From assembly GCA_030141605.1 (NCBI GenBank), contig JAQGDQ010002212.1:1-8548 (forward strand): a stretch of 8,548 nt of DNA. The letters run 5' to 3'. The notes beneath the pieces were generated by a model, which was not told the DNA's origin, did not search any database, and saw only the letters and a list, made by a program, of their open reading frames with translations. Both the position numbers and the translations under genes were made by a program. Position 1 is the stretch's first letter, and every line of letters starts with the position of its first letter. The stretch is from Tubiluchus corallicola. Taxonomy: Eukaryota; Animalia; Priapulida. Below are positions 1 through 8,548 of this stretch, in pieces.

Positions 1-558
1 ATATAGTGTGTTATATAGTGTGTTATAGTGTGTTATATAGTGTGTTATATAGTGTGTAATAGTGTGTTATAGTGTGTTATATAGTGTGTTATATAGTGTG
101 TTATAGTGTGTTATATAGTGTGTTATATAGTGTGTTATAGTGTGTTATAGTGTGCTATATAGTGTTTTATATAGTGTGTTATATAGTGTGTTATAGTGTT
201 TTATATAGTGTGTTATATAGTGTGTTATACTGTGTTATATAGGGTGTTATATAGTGTGTTATAGTGTGTTATACTGTGTTATATAGTGTGTTATATAGTG
301 TGTTATAGTGTGTTATATAGTGTGTTATATAGTGTGTTATATAGTGTGCTATATAGTGTTTCATATAGTGTGTTATATAGTGTGTTATACTGTGTTATGT
401 AGGGTGTTATAGTGTGTTATATAGTGTGTTATACTGTGTTATATAGGGTGTTATAGTGTGTTATATAGTGTGTTATACTGTGTTATATTGTGTTATATAG
501 TGTGTTATAGTGTGTAAATTAGTGTATTACAGTGTGTTATTGTGTGTTATAGTGTGTT
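1..558. repeat. Minisatellite of alternating 12-bp (ATATAGTGTGTT) and 10-bp (ATAGTGTGTT) units; continues off the left edge
   Basis: Directly visible tandem units with recurring variants (ATACTGTGTT, ATAGGGTGTT, ATAGTGTTTT). The array decays and ends near AGTGTGTTAACG at about 558. Confidence 0.95.
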
Positions 559-910
559 AACGTTGACATCAATTATAAAACATGTTTAACAGAAATCCCG
601 TGAAGAAAAGGAAATTCACGACAGTGAGTTGTGTAAACGCATGTTTCAATAACCCAGCTAAACACGAACCCAAAATTTATTCGTTTTTAATTAAATTAAC
701 TCCGCAGCCAAGTTTTCTCTGCGATTTAAATGGCTCGAGTTGACATTCAAACACAAATGTTTGACGTACCCCCCCCCGCCACCCAGGGAATGAAGAAAAT
801 GCATCTTATGTGCAATTTTCGCATCATTTGGAGGCAAATTTACGATTTGAAGAAGAAAATCTCAGAGTGGTATCTAATTAGTTTTACTAGTCTTTAACGT
901 CACGCTACAC

Positions 911-960
911 TAATGGCGGGAAAACATCGGGGGGGGGGGGCAAAGATGGCGGAAGTGGCA
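911..960. promoter_or_regulatory. Cluster of metazoan housekeeping-promoter-like motifs (E2F-, YY1- and ETS-like)
   Basis: TGGCGGGAAAA 914-924 (E2F consensus), G12 run 929-940, and AAGATGGCGG 943-952 (YY1) overlapping CGGAAGTG 950-957 (ETS/GABP). Motif matches only; no transcript evidence. Confidence 0.3.
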
Positions 961-979
961 TGCCTTTATGAAAATTCAT

Positions 980-1315
980 TAAAGGAAAACCGGACCCAAT
1001 CTTAAACCATAGTTCAAAACACTTTGCCCTAAAAGTAGTAAAAGGAAACATGCTGTTTTTTTCAAAAAATGACTTACGTGAAAGAATTATTACCACACAA
1101 ACACAATTTCACGTTCGCGCCACTAGTTCTTCACTGTTACATGCATTTCGCCATTCGCTAGTTAGATGGGCACTAGCGCCTGCATTTCGGAAACGCGTTG
1201 CACAAAAAACCGGTGCTGTACTGGTTGTTAGTTCAGATGTGTTAGTTTGTGACGAGCTGCGTTCAACTTGCTCATGCGTAAACACGTAAACACAGCGGTA
1301 AATTTGAAATTTGAG
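980..1315 (+). mobile_element. Partial copy 1 of the unclassified interspersed element (same orientation as 6879-7204)
   Basis: Colinear with 6879-7204, sharing AATCTTAAAC, AAAGGAAACAT, CCACACAAACACAATTTCACGTTCGCGCCACTAGTTCTTCACTGTTACA and AAATTTGAAATTTGAG. Has a copy-specific 8-bp tandem duplication CGTAAACA x2 at 1277-1292. Confidence 0.85.
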
Positions 1316-1358
1316 TTCGCGCCACTAGTTCTTTCCTATTAATAATATTACAATCCTA

Positions 1359-1466
<108 letters not shown>

Positions 1467-1621
1467 TGCTTTTCGACTAATCCATTGCTTGCTGATACAA
1501 ATGCAGTTCATGTAATCACGAACTGCAGTGTTAGCTTCTGATGTAATATGATGTAGAGCCAACATAATCAATAATACTATTGATTATTATATATAGTTAA
1601 ATATTGGCTAATTATTTAATT

Positions 1622-2106
<485 letters not shown>

Positions 2107-2107
2107 G

Positions 2108-2490
2108 GGTAAATAAGCCTTTTCTCAGTTGCAATGCTTGATGATGATCGTGAAAAGGTCAAAGGTTAAGTGTACTAGACAACGCATTTGTGTACACTTG
2201 ACAACGTTTCGCGGCTCGTTCTACTGTAATTAAGTAACTAAGAAAAAGATGAACACCAGCCATGGATCTTTTTTCTAATTCGTTTTCTTTTGTTCCCAAA
2301 CAAGATCGCGAACAGAGGATGTGCATAATTAAGTAAAGTCCACGTAAAACAACTGTCGTTACTCCACCGGGCTTTCTTTTACAAACATGTCACGTGACGA
2401 TTGTAGTTAAGACGCCTTGCTGTGGTTCACTTAACCTTTGACCTACAGCAACTGCGCGTGCGCACAACGAAACCCTGAAAAGGCTTGTTG
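2108..2490 (-). mobile_element. Partial copy 2 of the element (distal part); left arm of the old inverted repeat
   Basis: 2138-2206 matches the reverse complement of 3671-3739 (TTGATGATGATCGTGAAAAGGTCAAAGGTTAAGTGTAC...GACAACGCATTTGTGTACACTTGACAACG). 2320-2490 matches 7635-7805 directly and 3310-3478 inverted. Contains a perfect 17-bp inverted pair 2156-2172 / 2428-2444. Confidence 0.85.
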
Positions 2491-2894
2491 TTCCAAAGGT
2501 GAGTGTGTGAATCGCTTTCCCAAAAGTCTAAATAAGTTTGCGATGAATTTCTGCTTCCACAATTTATGAATGAAGTTCTTCCCCGGTGACCTTTTCTTGA
2601 TGAGATTTGCCCAATCAGAAACCCGATTTTTGTCACGTAACACCTGCCATTGTTATAGAACTTTGCTTATCAAAGTACAGAAATACAGAGTAAACATACG
2701 ACACTCGTTGTAGATGTGTGACACACGTGATTGACAGTTTTGAGACGGTGAACTCGACAGTCTAAACGGGCCCTGATAGGTTTAAGTTAAACTATTTGGG
2801 TTAAAGTTTTTAATTTGTTACAAAGTTAATAAAGTTTGTAAATTAGTTCCTGAAGCGGATTGAGACCTGTGTGGTTCGGTTTTTGCAAAAATTG

Positions 2895-3240
2895 AACTGA
2901 GAAAGAAGGAAGAGGATGAGAGGAAAAGAAGTAGGAGAGAGTGATGGACAAAAGATGAGGAAAAGAGAAAACAGAAAAAGAAAGTCTGCAAATCAATATA
3001 GAAGAAACTGAGAAAGAAAGGAAGAGGATGAGAGGAAAAGAAGTAGGAGAAGAGAGTGATGGAGAAAAGATGAAGGAAAGAGAAAACAGAAAAAGAAAGT
3101 TGGACAAAAGAAAAAGGAAAGAGAGACATTTCTGACAAAAAGAAGAGTGAAATGATGAAGAGAAAAGAGCTTGTTCACAAATAGATGGTCTGAGAAGGAA
3201 AGGGATGAGGATGAGGGAAAGAGGAGGGAGATGAAAAAAG
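2895..3240 (+). repeat. Purine-rich tandem duplication, about 111-bp period (2895-3005, 3006-3100, partial third unit 3190-3240), with decayed K/E/R coding appearance
   Basis: AACTGAGAAAGAA(A)GGAAGAGGATGAGAGGAAAAGAAGTAGG...GAGAAAACAGAAAAAGAAAGT occurs twice. All + frames are interrupted by stops. Confidence 0.85.
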
Positions 3241-3304
3241 ATTTCAGAACATTTATTTTGCGCAAGCGCGAGTTTTTACATGTGCCGTGTTGCACAATGT
3301 TGTG

Positions 3305-3770
3305 CAGTCCTTAATAAGTCTTTTCACTGTTTCGTTGTGCGCACGCGCAGTTTCTGTAGGTCAAAAGTTAAGTGTACCACAGCAACGGATCTTAAGTACA
3401 ATCGTCATGCAACATGTGGTAAAGCAATGCCGTTCATCAGTTCATTAAATTCAGTTGCTTTACGTGGACTTTACTTAGTTTTGAAACTTTTGTAACTGTG
3501 ATTAGTTTCACGTGTGGAACAAAATATCAGAGTTATGCATTAGTCTGTGGGCAGAGTGATTTGCTAGCAGAATTTTGCTTGAGAATAAGAAAAAATGAAT
3601 TAGGTAAGGTTCTAGCTAGCTGTTAAAACATGTTAAAACTGTTACTATTACAATAGCTTGTGCTGTGAGGCGTTGTCAAGTGTACACAAATGCGTTGTCA
3701 GGTACACTTAACCTTTGACCTTTTCACGATCATCATCAATCGCCGGAACTGTGAAATTTCTTATTACACG
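3305..3770 (+). mobile_element. Partial copy 3 of the element; right arm of the old inverted repeat
   Basis: 3305-3400 matches 7502-7600 directly (TTTCGTTGTGC.CACGCGCAGTT.CT.TAGGTCAAA.GTTAAGT..ACCACAGCAACG). The remainder is the inverted match to 2108-2400. Internal inverted pair 3358-3378 / 3701-3721 matches at 20 of 21 bases. Confidence 0.85.
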
Positions 3771-3853
3771 CCAACCTAGTAGCAAGTGATTGTTGCATCA
3801 GAAGTAGGCGAACAGCCATTTTGTCTGATTCTGAATGCAAATACAGGCAGTAA

Positions 3854-4087
3854 TTATCTAGAATCAGTATTCTTCCCTGCTCCTAACATCGTGTAAACCA
3901 GGATTACTTGACGCAAGATGACGCACGGACAAATGTCACACGCAGGAGAAAGCTGGTAATATCGGTCAAGCACTGGCACTCGAGTCCGAGCTTGAATACA
4001 GACGGACACTGAACTCTTGTGACAACTTGGACAACGTCCAGCAACAGACAAATGAGCTGCCACTTTTTCTGGGTCATTTTTGACCAT
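3854..4087 (-). CDS. Possible small Cys-rich protein or exon (77 aa from ATG 4087) with CPSC and CDICPC motifs; function unknown
   Basis: Non-repetitive open frame, GC-richer than its flanks, with ATG in AAAA-ATG-G context and two CxxC pairs as in zinc-binding modules. No family recognised. Confidence 0.3.
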   Translation of the reverse strand: MVKNDPEKVAAHLSVAGRCPSCHKSSVSVCIQARTRVPVLDRYYQLSPACDICPCVILRQVILVYTMLGAGKNTDSR

Positions 4088-4527
4088 TTTTAATAATGGT
4101 AGGATACCAAGAAGAGTCAAGTATTTAAAACAGTAATTTTAATCTTGTGACTATTGATAATAGTTTTTGATAGTTTAGATACAACTGAGGCAATTTCGTC
4201 AAGGAAATGTGAAATATAATTTTTCAAGATGCTTAATCAAGTTTTGATTTCACACAAATTTGTAAATCTTCTAAGAAGAAAGTTATTATGGAGAAACGGG
4301 TCCATGATATTAATGAAACAGACATCAAAATATGATGTTATTGAAATATGGCCGCCAATTCCTCGTGAAATGAAGTCTTAGTCTGTATGTATTTAAAATG
4401 CATCAAAGCAATATTTAATATACAAATGATACTTAAGTCGCATCAACCTAAACTCATCCTGCTTTTCATTTACTAAGAAAATTTATTTTGCCTAAAGGAA
4501 GACAGGATGATTTTTCATCTACTACCC

Positions 4528-5030
4528 AATTTTCAAGTCCGACAAAAAATATACATTTTAACACAATTAATACTGCAAAAGCGCTTCTGATAATTAAACA
4601 ATAGGTTAAAATCTTAATTAATGGCGGGCGAGCCGAACTATTGATGACATCACAAACTAACATAATTTTCAACAGCAAAAACATTCCACGAGCGTGTTGC
4701 ACTTGTTTACGAAAGAGAAAATTGAAGTACAGTGCTACTGTAAGATATTCAGTGTTTTGTACTAAAACTAGGCAAGTTTTAAGATAAAAATTCAAATTTC
4801 AAGTTTACCGCTGTGCTCACGCATCGAAACTGTCGAACGTGTGCAGTTCGTCTCAAACTAATACATCTGTACAGAGAGGTACAGCGCCTGTTTTTTGTGC
4901 ATTTTTTTCTGAAATGCAGGAGCTAGTGATCGTGTAACTAGCGAATAGCGAAATGCACTTAACAGCAAAGAACTAGAGGCGTGAACGTGAAATTGTGTTT
5001 GTGTGGTAATAATTCTTTCATGTAAGTCAT
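4528..5030 (-). mobile_element. Partial, diverged copy 4 of the element
   Basis: Direct match to 7848-8220 and inverted match to 6967-7468, e.g. ATGACATCACAAACTAACATAATTTTCAACAGCAAAAA and GTACTAAAACTAGGCAAGTTTTAAGATAAAA. ORF 4466-4795 aligns without gaps to ORF 7200-7559 over 89 codons. Confidence 0.9.
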
Positions 5031-5092
5031 AAAAGTATGCATCTTAACACAGTTAATTCTGCTAAAGCGTTTCTGATAATTCAATAATAGTT
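5031..5092. repeat. About 60-bp diverged direct repeat of 4545-4607, bracketing copy 4
   Basis: AAAAGTATGCATCTTAACACAGTTAATTCTGCTAAAGCGTTTCTGATAATTCAATAATAG vs AAAAATATACATTTTAACACAATTAATACTGCAAAAGCGCTTCTGATAATTAAACAATAG. Confidence 0.8.
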
Positions 5093-5286
5093 CTGAAAAT
5101 GCAGCAACTGGTGCCGTCACATTTAGCAAACATGTTTACATATCTCCTCCAAGACGTTTCACCCTGCTAGGGGTTTTATCAGGGACTATAAAACAAATCA
5201 AACAAAATTTTATTCACCAAAATACAGTTACCGGAAAGTTACACAAGTTACGTATTGAGTATCAGTCATAACATCATACAAGAGAA

Positions 5287-5366
5287 CAGTGAACTGGTTA
5301 TAACCAATTTTTTGACGTCCGATTATAAAAAAAATCTGGTTATAATCGGATCTTTTATAATCGGAT
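5287..5366. mobile_element. Possible remnant of a Tc1/pogo(Tigger)-type MITE end with repeated TTATAA(C/T)C motifs
   Basis: CAGTGAACTGGTTATAACC start; palindrome TGGTTATAACCA 5295-5306; TCCGATTATAAAA 5318-5330 inverted against 5353-5365 and, over 11 bp, 5340-5350. No intact second TIR or TA duplication seen. Confidence 0.3.
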
Positions 5367-5424
5367 GACATGGTTCTAATACGCTTTCGTATTTTTGGTC
5401 TTTTTTGTTTTTAAATTTTGTTTT

Positions 5425-6245
<821 letters not shown>

Positions 6246-6251
6246 TTACTA

Positions 6252-6488
6252 TCAAGAACTAGCCTCATAAAATTTACTAGATGGAATCCGACGACCTTCA
6301 CGTAAAAAAGGGACGATGTAACAGCAGCAGGGATTTATCACACGATATAAAACAGCTGCAGAGAGGGGAGGGGCCTCATGTCGTCTATCAACTGCAATTC
6401 TTATAATTCCTGGTTTCGCTTTAAACACTGCATCTAATTGAACTATGAATTTTATTTCACACATCAAAAAATACAATGTCAAACACAT
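6252..6488 (-). CDS. Possible small ORF (78 aa, or 70 aa from ATG 6464) with an NPCCCY motif; function unknown
   Basis: ATG-started, non-repetitive frame ending TGA-TAG-TAA immediately before the ATG-ATG of the next ORF. A weak paralogue lies at 2543-2713 (+). Confidence 0.25.
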   Translation of the reverse strand: MCLTLYFLMCEIKFIVQLDAVFKAKPGIIRIAVDRRHEAPPLSAAVLYRVINPCCCYIVPFLREGRRIPSSKFYEASS

Positions 6489-6684
6489 TAATAAATTTTA
6501 AATAAAATAATTTGAGTAGTGCGAGGTGAGTGTACGACCATACAGTCATTAACACACTCACCTTACTTAAATGAAAAAATGATTATAGTTATGCATGCTG
6601 CTGTAGATAACTTAAATGATGTAATAATAGCAATGGTATAAGAGCAATAAACCTGAAAGTTGAGAAAGGAAACCATAATATGTA

Positions 6685-7600
6685 ATTACGATTTTGATTG
6701 AGTCTTATAGAGTGAAAATTTTTTTTTAAATAGTTACGAATATGAATTATGTGATTATCTGTCAATGCACCACTTACTTGTATCACAATGCACCATATTA
6801 CTTACTTGTATATACAATGATATATATATATATACAATATGTAATATATGACATACATATGTATCCAATTTTAATATTTAAAGCCAGACTGGACTCAATC
6901 TTAAACTGTAGGTCAAAACAATCCGCTCTTTAAAATATTGAAAGGAAACATACTATTTTTTTCAAAAATGACTTATGTGAAAGAAATATTACCACACAAA
7001 CACAATTTCACGTTCGCGCCACTAGTTCTTCACTGTTACAAGCATTTCGCCATTCGCTGTTAGACGGGCACTAGCGCCTGCATTCCGGAAACGCGTTGCA
7101 CAAAAAACGGTGCTGTACAGGCTGTTAGTCCAGATGTGTAAGTTTGTGACGAGCTGCGTTCAACTTGCTCATGCGTGAGCACAGCGCCAAATTTGAAATT
7201 TGAGATTTTATCTTAAAACTTGCCTAGTTTTAGTACAACACATTGAATGTCTCACATTAGCACTGTACTTCAATTTTCGCTTTCGCAAACACGTGAAACA
7301 CGCTCGTGGAATATTTTTGCTGTTGAAAATTATGTTAGTTTGTGATGTCATTAGTTGTTGGGCTCGCTCGCCGTTAATTAAGTTTTTAATCCATTATTTA
7401 ATCACTAGAAACGCTTTTGCAGTATTATTGGTGGTAAAAAGTATGCTTTTTACAGTACTTGACAATTTGTCCACGTGTCATCAAAGTTATCAATTTTACA
7501 GCAGTCTTCTACAACAAGTCCTTTCACGGTTTCGTTGTGCACACGCGCAGTTGCTATAGGTCAAAGGTTAAGTCAACCACAGCAACGCGTGTTAACTACA
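6685..7600 (+). repeat. Left arm of the large inverted repeat; longest copy (5) of the element
   Basis: Position x pairs with 15316-x across 7097-7600 / 7716-8219, with a single mismatch (G7553 vs A7763). The outer part 6685-7096 matches 8220-8548 with gaps. Confidence 0.97.
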
Positions 7601-7715
7601 TGCTGCTGCTGATAAGTCTCTCTACGCACAGACTGATGCATAAGTAAGTAAAGTGCACGTAAACGATTGAATTGATGCGGCAGACAGCTTTGCTTTACCC
7701 GCGTCGCATGGCGAT

Positions 7716-8548
7716 TGTAGTTAACACGCGTTGCTGTGGTTGACTTAACCTTTGACCTATAGAAACTGCGCGTGTGCACAACGAAACCGTGAAAGGACTT
7801 GTTGTAGAAGACTGCTGTAAAATTGATAACTTTGATGACACGTGGACAAATTGTCAAGTACTGTAAAAAGCATACTTTTTACCACCAATAATACTGCAAA
7901 AGCGTTTCTAGTGATTAAATAATGGATTAAAAACTTAATTAACGGCGAGCGAGCCCAACAACTAATGACATCACAAACTAACATAATTTTCAACAGCAAA
8001 AATATTCCACGAGCGTGTTTCACGTGTTTGCGAAAGCGAAAATTGAAGTACAGTGCTAATGTGAGACATTCAATGTGTTGTACTAAAACTAGGCAAGTTT
8101 TAAGATAAAATCTCAAATTTCAAATTTGGCGCTGTGCTCACGCATGAGCAAGTTGAACGCAGCTCGTCACAAACTTACACATCTGGACTAACAGCCTGTA
8201 CAGCACCGTTTTTTGTGCATTTCAACGAAATGCTATGTAGTGAAAAACTGTGGCACAAGGCAATGAAATTATATCTTTCTTTCACATAAATTTGGATGAT
8301 AATTATGTTTCCTTTCAATATTTTAAGCGAATTGTTTGTTACTACAGTTAGATTGAGTCAGTCTGGCTTTAAATAATGCACTATGTATGTCTACATATTG
8401 TATATATGTATATCATTGTATATACAAGTAAGCAATATGGTGCATTGTAATACAAGTAAGTGATACATTGACAGATAATCACATAATTCATATTCATAAC
8501 TATTTAAAAAAAAATTTTCACTCTTTAAGGCTCACTCAAAATCGTAAT
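7716..8548 (-). repeat. Right arm of the large inverted repeat (copy 6); runs off the window edge
   Basis: Reverse complement of 6685-7600. Twin 119-aa ORFs 7200-7559 (+) and 7757-8116 (-) differ at one residue. Element homology continues into the spacer to about 7622. Confidence 0.97.

Noticed and set aside
1-558. Possible telomeric repeat or CRISPR array
   Set aside because: The units are not TTAGGG- or TTAGG-like, vary between 10 and 12 bp, and have no unique spacers.
2389-2398. Perfect GTCACGTGAC (CLEAR/USF E-box) palindrome
   Set aside because: Present in one copy only; the equivalent sites in copies 3 and 6 read GTTGCATGAC and GTCGCATGGC.
2818-3295. Three Phe/Ser/Leu-rich minus-strand ORFs resembling membrane proteins
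   Set aside because: They are antisense shadows of the purine-rich repeat. A pyrimidine-rich strand lacks stops in all frames.
2427-3495. Recurring peptide FVV(R/H)TRS.(C/Y)RSKVK in ORFs 2427-2636, 3280-3495, 7459-7647 and 7573-7857
   Set aside because: It reflects the conserved DNA motifs of the repeat. Starts, stops and flanking frames differ between copies.
6763-6811. Short tandem duplication CAATGCACCA...CTTACTTGTAT, mirrored in the right arm
   Set aside because: Ordinary slippage-type duplication in AT-rich DNA with no further structure.

Overview
AT-rich, repeat-dense DNA that looks eukaryotic (probably an invertebrate animal; this is inferred from the microsatellite spectrum). I recognise no known gene, RNA gene, transposase or CRISPR array. 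The window contains a 10/12-bp minisatellite (1-558) and long (AAT)n, (TAC/TGC)n and (CT)n tracts. It also has six partial copies, in both orientations, of one unclassified interspersed element carrying a 17-21 bp internal inverted repeat and DR1- and NRF1-like motifs. These copies form two fold-back structures: an old, diverged one (about 2108-2490 / 3305-3770) and a young one (6685-7600 / 7716-8548+, 115-bp spacer) whose inner 504 bp differ at one base. Two decayed cassettes on opposite strands (2496-3240 +, 6564-5425 -) appear homologous. Each has AAGGTGAGTGTGT, a small N-x-C-x-C-Y ORF, a stop codon directly followed by ATG, and a K/E/R-rich ORF that has been tandemly amplified. All alignments were done by eye.
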